From the NCBI GenBank assembly GCA_050633305.1, contig JBOEGF010000038.1:97972-161971 (forward strand): DNA of 64,000 bases, given 5' to 3'. The notes under the pieces were generated by a model that saw only the letters and a program-made list of their open reading frames with translations, did no database searches and was not told where the DNA came from. This DNA is from Nannocystales bacterium (GTDB taxonomy: Bacteria > Myxococcota_A > Polyangia > Nannocystales > Nannocystaceae). Shown piece after piece: positions 49,601 through 58,693 of the stretch. Position numbers and translations under genes: made by a program. The first letter of the stretch is position 1. Each line of letters starts with the position of its first letter.

Positions 49601-50526
49601 GCGGCGGGCCACGGACGACGGTCGCCGCTGTGTTTCTTGGCGAGGAGTCCCGCGAGCGAAGTCGACTCGAATGCCTGCTGACCGGTCAGCGCCAGGTAGA
49701 GCGAGGCGCAGAACGCAAACTGGTCGGCGCTGGGGCCCGCCTGCCTGCCCTGGTGCTGTTCGGGCGCCATGAATGGCGGGGTGCCCAACGTGGTGCCTGT
49801 CCGCGTCAGGGTCCGACCGGTATCGCGGAAAGAGTCGACGACGGACGGGTCCGTATCGGTTTGTCTTGCGACCCCTTCGGCTGCATCCACGACGGTCGCC
49901 AGACCGAAGTCCGCGACCTTGACGGCGCCATCGTGGCCGATGAGCACGTTGCTCGGCTTGAAGTCGCGGTGAACGATGCCCGCCGCGTGCGCAGCCGCCA
50001 GCCCCCGTCCGGCCTGGACGAAGACTCGAACGACTTCTTTCCACGGGCGCGCCTGAGCCTCGAGCCACTCGGCGAGGTTGCAGCCGTCGACCAGTTCCAT
50101 GACGATGTACAGGACTTCGTCGGGCCCATCCTCGCGCGCGAGCTCGGCGGGGGCCACTGCGGTGCCGGCATCGAACACGGCGGCGACCTCCGCCGCTTGC
50201 ACCGAACTCAGCGCTCTCGCCTCGCGGAAGAACCGCATGCGGACCGTCTGCGAGAGTTCGATACCGGGGCGAAGGACCTTCAGCGCGACTCGGCGGTCGA
50301 GCTGTGGGTCGTAGCCGAGATAGACGACGCCGAATGCCCCTTCGCCAAGTCGCCGCTGGAGCTCGTACCGTCCGAGCACCGAGCGCGCCACCGGCGTGCC
50401 GAAGAGCGCCGCGCTGACGTGCGCGAGCATCGTCCGCGCCTCGACACGATCATCGACCACGCCCCGCCCGAGCCGGGCGGTGCCCGGGCTGCCGCGAGTT
50501 GTGGCTTCGAGGTCGCGCTCGGACAC
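46654..50526 (-). CDS. Membrane Ser/Thr kinase with PEGA and FG-GAP/PQQ-type propeller domains
   Basis: LGEGAFGVVY, HRDFKPSN, DFG, GTPPFMAPE; TM; PEGA-like repeats; many DxDGDG motifs. Confidence 0.95.
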   Translation of the reverse strand: MSERDLEATTRGSPGTARLGRGVVDDRVEARTMLAHVSAALFGTPVARSVLGRYELQRRLGEGAFGVVYLGYDPQLDRRVALKVLRPGIELSQTVRMRFFREARALSSVQAAEVAAVFDAGTAVAPAELAREDGPDEVLYIVMELVDGCNLAEWLEAQARPWKEVVRVFVQAGRGLAAAHAAGIVHRDFKPSNVLIGHDGAVKVADFGLATVVDAAEGVARQTDTDPSVVDSFRDTGRTLTRTGTTLGTPPFMAPEQHQGRQAGPSADQFAFCASLYLALTGQQAFESTSLAGLLAKKHSGDRRPWPAACGAPRWVRSVVERGLNASQSDRFESMEALLSRLRTSPGERRRASSRWVLGPLALLGVGMAVYNRFEPGTIEVLASSDTGAALSGIEVVVDGQTESRTVRLSPGLHVVEVSAENHDPAARSVDVSPGSSAVLTFDLPRHRGTVDITASPGAARIYIDGVDHGSRVRETQLPTGLHVFDVRLAGHFAKRFRWSVTRGHSQQAHVGLTPVETWSHPAPDLVRHVRWLPDLDGDLRDEVLVDRAGTIRVLDPWRDQRLGEFSVAHGMEWETVVADADADGMPELFSFAVAEGGRRLASWSLSASTMGNERWGAELAGVAPVRDRLGVIHQQDIPAVVVALDGASVIGNRAEDGTPEWILPAGLDASMQALGSRVIVSDAEGIRCVLPSGTVAWGVEAAGRASVVDDVDGDGVSDVSSTDRAGSWTVRSGATGQSIVRFADPSLISIEPIVAGPALHGYLARSPDGAVLFGPTGHELQRFDGQSFNPVALDERAFVAVGRGEDTVLEPIDGRGPTRTLSAIAPKRLSVGDFNGDGIREWVAREHDGVLRFFDDDLEPLATLELDRSVNVVRSVRDADRDGAADLLMQNNSGVLLVKGPSRRWAVQSQAGVREAPSVVELDGEPYVVASMEHEGRRTLTRVRGRDGTVFRGLDRVRPDLHREAGLGGSDGAHLYFSAGQAVHRHTAADGSRTASFELKTAVYATPTVADVDGDGEDEVLIGTFSDEGAPRLVVLTAALDRAEREVPMSNFTWARALPADLDGDGDTEIVVFGLEGIVEAFAPNQNWTRLWRADVGARINYAGAVGGPASDRVIALTTMGGADAEDHLIFVRATDGEVLERHAGWGSRASTPLGFDGDSDGNLEVYAADAHGKIRRFQGDWSRPAWTRVVAASSDGPRATAPLVGGQLSTDGPRVVVVSSEGGALSIVHAVSGESLWRSSAGAQVEGHPQLADLDGDGAPELIVATHGGELISFRLKAATWAELSGAD

Positions 50527-50584
50527 CTGCGACCGAGTCTACTCGCCACTATCGCCGCGGGTTCGTCGCTGATAGCGTTTTCCC

Positions 50585-51190
50585 ATGGATGCTCGCGACG
50601 ACGGGACGCTCCTGAGCGCATGGGCCGAGGGCGATCGAGCCGCCGGAGCCAAGCTCCTCGAGCGGCACCACGAGATTCTATATCGATTCTTTCGCAACAA
50701 GGTGTCGTCGGGTGTGGAGGACCTCATGCAACAGACGATGCTGGCCTGCACCAAGGCGGTTGGCCGGTTCCGGGGGGAGTCGGGGTTTCGCGCGTTCCTG
50801 CTTGGGATTGCGCGACGAGAGTTCCTGCATTATCTCCGAACTCGCTCACGAAAACAGGCACCGCTGCAGCCTTTGGTCGCCTCCGTCGCGGCGTTGATGG
50901 AGTCGCCGAGTCAGGTGGCGGCCCTGCGCAGCGAGCAGGAGATGGTCGCGGCGGGGATGCGCCACCTCCCCGTGGATCTGCAGGTCACCCTCGAGCTGTT
51001 CTATTGGGAAGACTTCTCCGTCGCCGAGGTGGCGGAGGCCACAGAGGTGGCCGCGGGGACGGTGAAGAGTCGGCTTCACCGGGGGCGTGCCCAACTGCGC
51101 ACGTGGATCGAGAAACAAGAGGCCGTCGCCCCGGGCTTGCGCTCATCCACCCTGGCCCGAATATCATCGGAGATGGCCGCAGAACCCTGA
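50585..51190 (+). CDS. ECF sigma factor, divergent from kinase
   Basis: LLSAWAEGD, VEDLMQQT, FRAFLLGIAR, GTVKSRLHRGR. Confidence 0.93.
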   Translation: MDARDDGTLLSAWAEGDRAAGAKLLERHHEILYRFFRNKVSSGVEDLMQQTMLACTKAVGRFRGESGFRAFLLGIARREFLHYLRTRSRKQAPLQPLVASVAALMESPSQVAALRSEQEMVAAGMRHLPVDLQVTLELFYWEDFSVAEVAEATEVAAGTVKSRLHRGRAQLRTWIEKQEAVAPGLRSSTLARISSEMAAEP

Positions 51191-51238
51191 ATCGACTCCG
51201 CATGGAACCGACTGGGCCGCTCCGGCAGCTGAGGGGGC

Positions 51239-51808
51239 ATGAAGCGGATCACGGTACTAGCAGCGGTCTTGGCGAGTGCGCTTGTCGCTTGTGCGAGGGG
51301 AGACAACGACGGTCCGGTCGCATCGCCGTTTGCCGGGTCGGGGGCGATGGGTACGGCAAGCACGGGGCATGCCGAGTCGAGCAGCAGCAGCCCTGCGCCC
51401 GACAACGACCTCCCCCCGATCGACTGGGACACCGACTCGACGACGACCACGGGAGCTGATGAGTCCGGCGAGGACTCATCCACCGGTTCGGGAGCCGAGA
51501 TCGTGCACCCATGCGACGTCGACTTCACACGGGTGGTACCCGCCACGCCGACGCTGGATCCGTTCTATGTGGAGGTGAGCAATCCGGTCCCGTTGGTGTA
51601 CGTCGGCATGAACATGGAAGGACCCACCACCGTCGAGGGGAGCTACCTCGACGTGGTCGAGAGCAATCCCTGGGTGTGGCGCTTTGCTTTCGAAGGCCAC
51701 GTCCCGGGGACCTACGTGCTCGAGTTTTCGAGTGCTGAGGAACCTGGGGGTCCGCGGACGACGTGGTCCACGTGCACGCTGGTGATCGAGACCGCCGACG
51801 TCCCGTGA
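51239..51808 (+). CDS. Hypothetical lipoprotein
   Basis: LVAC lipobox, Ser/Thr linker, Ig-like C-terminus. Confidence 0.75.
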   Translation: MKRITVLAAVLASALVACARGDNDGPVASPFAGSGAMGTASTGHAESSSSSPAPDNDLPPIDWDTDSTTTTGADESGEDSSTGSGAEIVHPCDVDFTRVVPATPTLDPFYVEVSNPVPLVYVGMNMEGPTTVEGSYLDVVESNPWVWRFAFEGHVPGTYVLEFSSAEEPGGPRTTWSTCTLVIETADVP

Positions 51809-51923
51809 GCTTGGGCGGCGCCGCGAGGAGCGTGAACGATGAGCGAGACACGGTGCCGGGTCCCACCAAGCTTCATCCAAGGAATCTCGGAACCAATCGT
51901 CGGTCGCCGGTCGCTCTGTATGT

Positions 51924-53132
51924 ATGACTCAACGAATCTTCGCTGTTCTCTTCGCTCTCGGTACATTGACGGGCTGCGAGGCGACAGACTCCGGCCGGGC
52001 TTCCATGGGCGAACTTGTCGATGATGAACTCGATGCTCCCGAGCCCACGACAGAAGCGATCGTCAACGCACAGGTCCGGCCGGTGTTGTTCGTCCCCCAG
52101 GGGGCCTCGATTTCGGGCGCGGAGCAGGCCGTCCTCGACGCGGCAATGAACGACGTCCGAGGGTGGTACACACGCGAGCTGGGCCGCGCGGGCCGAGATA
52201 TCCGTTGGGCCGACGATTACATCGTCGTCAAGGGCGAGCACACCGCGGCGTACTACCTCGCGCCAGATAAGATGGGCGATGCTGTCGTCGAAGTCGAGAC
52301 CGCGATTGGAGACACTGTCTGGGAGAGTGGCCACATCGAGTTCATCCTCGGTGTGGACTTTGGAGGTTGGGCTGGCGGCTCGGGCAACGGCGTGGGCGGC
52401 TATGCGTTACTCGGGCTCGATCCCCTGATCAATCCGGGTGCATGTGCAGGCGAGTGGTGGTGCGACACGACCATCTGGCGGGGGGCCGCGGTGCACGAAC
52501 TGGGGCACACGTTTACGCTTGGTCACAGCGCCGACCCGTCGATCATGGGGTTTCACGGGGAGTACGAGAGCCGCTTCTTCTTCGAGACGGCCACGTTCCC
52601 CGAGCTCTCCACCGTGGCCAGCATGCCGTACGTGCGTGAAGTCCAGGGCCGCAACTGGACCTGGGCTGAGTGCACCCGCGACGTCTGCCCGATCTCGATG
52701 GGGCACTCGACGGACGGTGCGTGGTCCGGGCTTGGCACCGTGCCCCAAGGAACACGCATGGGGGTCTTCGTCGAGGACGGAGATGCGCTGGTTGTCAGCT
52801 ACCCGATGGCTGATCGGGATCGTCGCGTTCAACTCGTGAACCGTGACGACTTTCGGGCGGTGGTACTCCCGCACGGTCCCCCTCCTGTCACCGACCTGCG
52901 CTCGGCCAGTCGTTTCTGCGCTCAGGATTCTTGCAATGTCTACGTGAAGCAGAACCTGGCGGACGTGGGGGAGCAGATTCTTGGCCAAGTCCCGTGTGGT
53001 ACCGAGATGGGTGTGTTCGTGACTTCGGCCGATTGGGCCGTCGTCAGTTACCCGATGGAAGATCGCGCCCGTGCGGTTCAGGTCGTACCGCAGCAGGGCG
53101 GGGAGTGGGTGGACAGCGCTCCTGCGTGTTGA
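51924..53132 (+). CDS. Metzincin zinc metalloprotease lipoprotein with two C-terminal repeats
   Basis: LTGC lipobox; HELGHTFTLGH plus SIM Met-turn. Confidence 0.88.
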   Translation: MTQRIFAVLFALGTLTGCEATDSGRASMGELVDDELDAPEPTTEAIVNAQVRPVLFVPQGASISGAEQAVLDAAMNDVRGWYTRELGRAGRDIRWADDYIVVKGEHTAAYYLAPDKMGDAVVEVETAIGDTVWESGHIEFILGVDFGGWAGGSGNGVGGYALLGLDPLINPGACAGEWWCDTTIWRGAAVHELGHTFTLGHSADPSIMGFHGEYESRFFFETATFPELSTVASMPYVREVQGRNWTWAECTRDVCPISMGHSTDGAWSGLGTVPQGTRMGVFVEDGDALVVSYPMADRDRRVQLVNRDDFRAVVLPHGPPPVTDLRSASRFCAQDSCNVYVKQNLADVGEQILGQVPCGTEMGVFVTSADWAVVSYPMEDRARAVQVVPQQGGEWVDSAPAC

Positions 53133-53262
53133 GCGGGGCCGGGCGTAGGTCTTCGAGTTCACCAGCCAGCTAGCCCACGGGGCCCGACCGGTGGCCTCGT
53201 CGTGAAGACCGAACCCGCAAGGCGTGGCTCAGCCTGCCGGGGGCTGGTATGAGAGGTCTGCG

Positions 53263-54024
53263 ATGAGCGATGAGCCTACGCTGCGCCAAGCGGTTTTGGA
53301 CGATCCTGACGCGGAGGCCCCGCGAGTCGACTACGCCGCGTGGTGTGACCAGCAGCCGGATGTGGCTACGCAGGCACGCGGTGAGTTTATCCGGCTGCAG
53401 ATCGGACTGGAAAAATACACACCAGGCGGCACGAGCCGTGGTGATCAGCGGCTGCGGATGTTCGAGCTTTCCGACCGCTTCGCCAACACTTGGGCTCAGC
53501 CTCTGGCGCCCTGGGTGTCCAAGCGCGAGTTCCACCGCGGCTTCGTCGAGTACGTGACACTGTCGGCCGCGAATTTCTTGGCGCACGCCAAAGACTTGTT
53601 CGCGCTGGCGCCGATCCGCCATGTCGACCTCACCGACGTCCGCAACGTCAATGAGTCCCTGTTTGCATCGCCGTGGCTTGCGACGCTGCGTTCGCTCGGT
53701 ATGGACGCCGTGGGTTTGCACGACATCCACATGCAGCTCCTGGGCGCGAGCCCCCATGCCGCGCAGCTCGGATGGCTGTCCGCCGAAGACAACCACCTCA
53801 CGACAAACTCATACGCGGCACTGGCAGCTTCGACGACCCTGCCGCGTCTGCGGTTTGCCCGCTTCAGTGGCAACACGGTCGATCCCGTCGAGCAGCTGGG
53901 GATGGATGGGGAAGAGGTCGTCGCGGTGCACATGCCGGACGAGGGCGTCGCCCTGGAGCAGCAGCACGGCCACCTGGAGTGGCTCCACCGCGACGGAAAG
54001 TCGGAGAGTCGTTTCGCGTACTGA
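53263..54024 (+). CDS. TIGR02996-type domain protein with LRR-like repeats
   Basis: AVLDDPDAEAPRVDYAAW...RGEFIRLQ...FHRGFVE. Confidence 0.85.
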   Translation: MSDEPTLRQAVLDDPDAEAPRVDYAAWCDQQPDVATQARGEFIRLQIGLEKYTPGGTSRGDQRLRMFELSDRFANTWAQPLAPWVSKREFHRGFVEYVTLSAANFLAHAKDLFALAPIRHVDLTDVRNVNESLFASPWLATLRSLGMDAVGLHDIHMQLLGASPHAAQLGWLSAEDNHLTTNSYAALAASTTLPRLRFARFSGNTVDPVEQLGMDGEEVVAVHMPDEGVALEQQHGHLEWLHRDGKSESRFAY

Positions 54025-54036
54025 GGGGCGCTACCC

Positions 54037-55998
54037 CTACTCGATCGCTGGGTAGCCGTACACGATGGCGGCCGTGATGGCCTCCCGGTCCAGTAAGGTG
54101 AGTACGGTCGGATGTCGGGCCTGATTGACCGCAGCCTCGAGTTCCGCGTAGTCGCGGTAGCCGTTACTCACGTTGCGCTTCGCCACGATCGCATCGACGA
54201 TCGTGTCCCGGTCGGGGAGCGCAGCGGTGAGTTCCGCCTTGGTCATCGTATTGACGTTGGTATTGGGATGGGCGTCGAAGTAGCCGTTGGCCGTGGCGAT
54301 GTTGACACCACTGAGGATCAAGCCGTCGGGCACCGTTGAGACAGGCAACCCCTCACGGTACGCCCACATCTTGTCCTTGGCGGCCGTGCTGGTGGGCTCC
54401 CACGTGCCGACCGCATAGCCATTGTAGACCTGGGCGGCGGCGCCCAACAGACGGATTCGGCCATCGCCGCTTTGCAGCCCGAGCATGCGTCCGTCAGCGG
54501 CGGCATCGACGGTTGTCAGCCCCTCGATGGTCGTGTACTTGCGCGGCTGGCCCAACATGTTGGGACTCTGGCCGTTGGGGATGAAGAGGCGGTCGTACTC
54601 CTCGGCCGGCCACTCTGGGTTGTGTGCCGCCTCCAGGTAGGCGGCGGTGCACTCCCACGTCGTACCGGTGAGGGTGTTGTCGACCCGGTTGTGATCGACC
54701 AGCAGTGGTGGCGGACCGCCGTTCTTGCTCGCCTTGAGCTTGACGACGGCGTGCGTGTCGGTCGTAGTCACACGGTCCAGCGAAGCCAACTTGCCGTAGC
54801 GCAGCTTGATGTGCGTGGGGTACAGCGGAATCTTGTCTCGCTCGACATCCCTGGCCGCTTCGTACGCTTCCTTTTTTGCCTTTTCGGTGTCGTAGGGCTC
54901 GCCGAGGGCGGCCAGGCGATCGCCCTCCTCGGCAGCGGCAAACAGAGCGGGGTTGAGCTCACCGACTGCCATGGCCTCGCGCCTCTCGGCGTGCTCGAGG
55001 AAGGTCTGGTTTCGGGGGTTGTCGAACGTATTGACCAACGTGGTACGCCCGAACCAGTCCAGCCAGCAGCCTTTCTTTTGCGACTTCTCCGCGCAATTGA
55101 GCCCCACGCCACCGCCCGCGGTCACGCAGATGCGCTCATTGTTGGAGAGTGCAACCTCGTCGACGATCGCATCAACCCCGTTGAGGACGCGGCGGTTCTT
55201 CAGCGCGTCGTCCCAGTTCTCCGGGGCGAGCCAGGGGGCGGTCTTACCCTGGTCCCGAGCATCGCCTCCGCCGAAAATATTCGGCCGACCTGGACCCGAA
55301 CAAAAATCGATATGCGACGCGTAGTACGGCAGGATCGTCGGTTCGTCGTCGACGAGCACGAGCACGCGGTACTCCGCCGCGTCAGGCCAGTCGTTCTCCC
55401 GGTTCGCCGCCTCGATCGCAGTCCCGAGGGCGGCGTAGATCTCGGGTCCGCCTGCCTCCGGGGTGAAGTCCTCTTCGACAGGCTTGGTGTCATCGGCGCC
55501 CTTCTTCTGGATCCACACGACCCAACCCGGCCGCTCGACCACGCCGTTGTCTGTGACGAGCTTGGCGAGCTGTACGTCGATGGCGGCGCCGAACTCTCGC
55601 GAGTCCAATCCGCCGTCGACCTCGGTACCGGTGGCGTTGGGTTGGGCGGCAAACCCGGGGAGGGTGAGCAGGTACCCAGGCTGCCCCATCCCGTGCTTCA
55701 GATAGGTCGGCCATGGATTCTTGAAACCGACCTGGAGAACCCTCCGCCCGTCGAGCCGCTCGAGGCCCTTGGCACAGCCAAACAGCGTCGTGCAATTTGT
55801 GACACCTGCGGGGCCGCGACCGATGATGACGTAGAACACCTCCGGGGGTGGTACGTCGACGCTGTTGACCGCGACCTCGGATGACGAGGTGCTCAGTGAG
55901 ACGGTGACTTGCCTGAGCAACGGCTCACGCTCAACAGAGTCGGCCAGCTCGCGGCTGCTCGCCGTCTGCTGTTTCTTACTGAAGCAACAACATCCCAT
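54037..55998 (-). CDS. Flavoprotein-like hypothetical protein with N-terminal MGCCCFSKK and C-terminal HhH
   Basis: YVIIGRGPAG and VTAGGGVG Rossmann-like motifs; NVNTMTKAEL...DAIVAKR HhH-like tail. Confidence 0.75.
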   Translation of the reverse strand: MGCCCFSKKQQTASSRELADSVEREPLLRQVTVSLSTSSSEVAVNSVDVPPPEVFYVIIGRGPAGVTNCTTLFGCAKGLERLDGRRVLQVGFKNPWPTYLKHGMGQPGYLLTLPGFAAQPNATGTEVDGGLDSREFGAAIDVQLAKLVTDNGVVERPGWVVWIQKKGADDTKPVEEDFTPEAGGPEIYAALGTAIEAANRENDWPDAAEYRVLVLVDDEPTILPYYASHIDFCSGPGRPNIFGGGDARDQGKTAPWLAPENWDDALKNRRVLNGVDAIVDEVALSNNERICVTAGGGVGLNCAEKSQKKGCWLDWFGRTTLVNTFDNPRNQTFLEHAERREAMAVGELNPALFAAAEEGDRLAALGEPYDTEKAKKEAYEAARDVERDKIPLYPTHIKLRYGKLASLDRVTTTDTHAVVKLKASKNGGPPPLLVDHNRVDNTLTGTTWECTAAYLEAAHNPEWPAEEYDRLFIPNGQSPNMLGQPRKYTTIEGLTTVDAAADGRMLGLQSGDGRIRLLGAAAQVYNGYAVGTWEPTSTAAKDKMWAYREGLPVSTVPDGLILSGVNIATANGYFDAHPNTNVNTMTKAELTAALPDRDTIVDAIVAKRNVSNGYRDYAELEAAVNQARHPTVLTLLDREAITAAIVYGYPAIE

Positions 55999-56004
55999 CC
56001 TACG

Positions 56005-56802
56005 TCATGTCCTGCGGCTGTGTGCCGCCGTAATCCTGTCGAGACTGAGGTGGCGTTCCAGCTCGCGCAACGCACAGCTGTGAAAGCGCTCTGCGGGGAC
56101 ATCGGTGTCGCGAGATTCCTTCAATGCGGGCTGAGTCCAAGGGTGGAACGGGTCGTCCGCGAACCCCGTACCCAGGAGGATCATCAGCGCCGTCACGACC
56201 AGTGTCCCCTCTGGACCTGCGACTCCGAAATGCTCCGCCGCCGTCCGTGCCCGTTGGTGGAGTTCCGTGACGCGCTCGGCCCCAAGCTCCGCGTATCTCG
56301 GTGGCAAGAGGTCACGGACGAAGTCGTGCAGCCCCTGGTCACCGCGGCCAACGTAGTCGGTCGACAGGGTCGCGAACGACTTGGAGCGCGCCCAGAGCAT
56401 GGCCCGACGGTAGTGTTCGCCGTCGTCCCCCACGCTCTTGGCCAGCTCGTCTGCGGCACGCGCTTGCAGCCGCGACATCGCCTGCTTCTGGGGAAGGGGG
56501 CGGTTCTTTTTCAGTGTCTCGCTCGCCCAGGGAAGCAGCGGGTCCTCGTCGAAGCGGTGCCCCAGAAACACCATCAGCGTCGTGTATACGGCGACTGCGG
56601 CGAACTCCGTGACGCCGTGGTGCGCGGCGCGGGCGATCGCTGTCTCGACGAACCGCCGGGTCTGCGGATCCGTCAACAGAACGCAGTGCTGGGGGAACTC
56701 CACCCAAAGGTGATGAAGCAAGTCCTCCCGGAGTCGGACGGCTTGGCCTTGCCGGCGTACCGTCAGTCGACGCATGGCCGGGGTCATCTCGCCGGTGGCC
56801 AT
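56005..56802 (-). CDS. Hypothetical protein with duplicated helical domain (possible effector adaptor)
   Basis: Two copies of A..(H/F)G......LM..LG..F..DP..PW; TAATG coupling to the upstream gene. Confidence 0.7.
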   Translation of the reverse strand: MATGEMTPAMRRLTVRRQGQAVRLREDLLHHLWVEFPQHCVLLTDPQTRRFVETAIARAAHHGVTEFAAVAVYTTLMVFLGHRFDEDPLLPWASETLKKNRPLPQKQAMSRLQARAADELAKSVGDDGEHYRRAMLWARSKSFATLSTDYVGRGDQGLHDFVRDLLPPRYAELGAERVTELHQRARTAAEHFGVAGPEGTLVVTALMILLGTGFADDPFHPWTQPALKESRDTDVPAERFHSCALRELERHLSLDRITAAHSRRT

Positions 56803-57485
56803 TACGCGGAGGCCCCGGTATCGCTGTCGTCTTGGCCCAGCGTATCGTCGGCGACCGCGTCGTGGAGCTCGTCGAGCCGAGCGCGCGTTGCATCGTCGAG
56901 TTCGCCTGTTGCCTCCAGATGCGCGTCCTGAGCTCGCTGGAAGGCCACAAGGGCGTCTTCGGTTCTCGGCCCCATCTTTCCGTCCGCGCGCCCGCACGGG
57001 TACCCAAGGTTGGCCAGTCGTTGCTGCACCCCGGAGAGTTCGCAGAGCGGGTCGAGGTGGCCGAATGCGAGCTGAACCACGAACCTGTCCTCGCCGATTG
57101 TCAGCACACCCGACGTGGCCCCGGCGGGTAAGGCTGTCTTGACCACGCCGTCCGCGTCGGACTTTCCTTCGATCGTCGTGCCGCCAACTTCAAGCGTGTA
57201 ATCCTGGTCCGCCCGGGGTTCGCCGAAGTCGTACAGCTGGATCCTGAAGTGGGCCGGGATCCCCTTGCGACGGAACGTGTGCAGTTTGCCCGTGGGCGCC
57301 GTCACCTCCTTGACCCGCAACTCGGGGATGAACAGCTCGTCGCCCGGCAGGAGCGTGTTCATGTTCGGCCGCGCCGCCTTCAGGGCAGCGTTCTCAGGTG
57401 CCGCCCAGATCGTGTCGGCGTACAGGCCGTAGTCCTCCGACAGGCTGATGACGCTTTCCCCAGCTTTGACGATGTGGGTCGGCAC
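56802..57485 (-). CDS. LysM-like and peptidoglycan-binding domain protein
   Basis: HIVKAGES...LLPGDELFIP; VQQRLANLGY...DGKMGPRTEDALVAFQ PG-binding motif. Confidence 0.88.
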   Translation of the reverse strand: MPTHIVKAGESVISLSEDYGLYADTIWAAPENAALKAARPNMNTLLPGDELFIPELRVKEVTAPTGKLHTFRRKGIPAHFRIQLYDFGEPRADQDYTLEVGGTTIEGKSDADGVVKTALPAGATSGVLTIGEDRFVVQLAFGHLDPLCELSGVQQRLANLGYPCGRADGKMGPRTEDALVAFQRAQDAHLEATGELDDATRARLDELHDAVADDTLGQDDSDTGASA

Positions 57486-57741
57486 GACCACAAGAGTATA
57501 GGTGGGCTCGTTCTCCGAAAGCGACCGCCTTTCCCAGAGGCCCGTTGTGTCGGCACAGCCCTCGTCGGACACCATCCGCACGCCGGTCCACCAACCCTTG
57601 GGAGTGCCTGGGTTGTCGGTCGGCTGTTCGGCCGCCCGTGAGGTCGCCGTGTGATTGTGTTTAGGCGAAATGAGCCCGGGGAAATAGGTCATTTGACCGA
57701 CTCGTCGTGACGGGCCAGCCCGATAGGTTCTCGAGCAACCG

Positions 57742-58635
57742 ATGACGACGCCACGCCGACGCTCTTGGATCACCCGCCTGTTGAACACCGTGCTCGGGCT
57801 CGGGCTCGGATCTGGTTGTGCCACCACCGCGAGCCACATTCCTTCCGGCGCCCCCGCTGCGACTCCGACCAAGACCATCGTGCTGGTGCACGGGATGTTT
57901 GTGACGCCAACGTGCTGGAGTCGGTGGGAGCCATACCTGGAGTCCAAGGGCTACCGGGTGTTGGCGCCGGCGTGGCCACAGCATGACCGTCCTGCGGCGG
58001 AGGCCCGCGCTGCTCACCCCGACGCCGCGCTGGCGGCGGTCGACTTGGCCGCGGTGGTCGACCACTACCGCGGTGTCGTGGCGGAGCTGGACAGTCCTCC
58101 GATTCTGATCGGGCATTCGATGGGCGGCTTGGTCGTGCAGGTCCTGCTCTCGGAGGGTGTTGGATCGGCTGGAGTCGCGATTGACTCCGCGCCCCCCAAA
58201 GGGGTCACGTCGCTGAGCCCAGCGTTCCTCAAGAGCAACGCACGGATTCTCCGCGGGTCGCTGGACGAGCCGTTGGACATGTCACCGGAGCGTTTCGCCT
58301 ACATGTTCGTGAACACCCAGCCTCCGGAGCGACAGAAGGCCCTGTGGGAAACCCACGCGCAGCCGGAGTCGCGTCGGGTTGGGCGCGACGCGAGCCAGGA
58401 CCCGGGGCGCGTTGACTTCGGGCGCAGTCGGCCCCCGCTGCTGCTGATCGCTGGGGAATACGACCACGCGGTCCCGCCGGTGATCGGTCGCAAGACGTTC
58501 CGCCGCTACCGAAAAGCGACTGCGATCACCGAGTACCGCGAGGTGGCCGGCGTCGACCATTGGCTGATCGGAGGTGAGCAATGGCAAGAGGTTGCGGACC
58601 TGACGCTCGAGTGGCTCGCGGAACAGGGAACCTAG
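57742..58635 (+). CDS. Alpha/beta hydrolase
   Basis: VLVHGMF, GHSMGG, AGEYDH and DHW motifs. Confidence 0.9.
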   Translation: MTTPRRRSWITRLLNTVLGLGLGSGCATTASHIPSGAPAATPTKTIVLVHGMFVTPTCWSRWEPYLESKGYRVLAPAWPQHDRPAAEARAAHPDAALAAVDLAAVVDHYRGVVAELDSPPILIGHSMGGLVVQVLLSEGVGSAGVAIDSAPPKGVTSLSPAFLKSNARILRGSLDEPLDMSPERFAYMFVNTQPPERQKALWETHAQPESRRVGRDASQDPGRVDFGRSRPPLLLIAGEYDHAVPPVIGRKTFRRYRKATAITEYREVAGVDHWLIGGEQWQEVADLTLEWLAEQGT

Positions 58636-58693
58636 CGGCGCGATACGGGAGGGCAGCGCGTGCGCAACGGAAGTCCGGCGCTGCAGAAGTCGC

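Noticed and set aside
49630..51459. 609-aa plus-strand ORF
   Set aside because: Antisense and alternate-frame shadow of the kinase and sigma genes; typical of high-GC DNA
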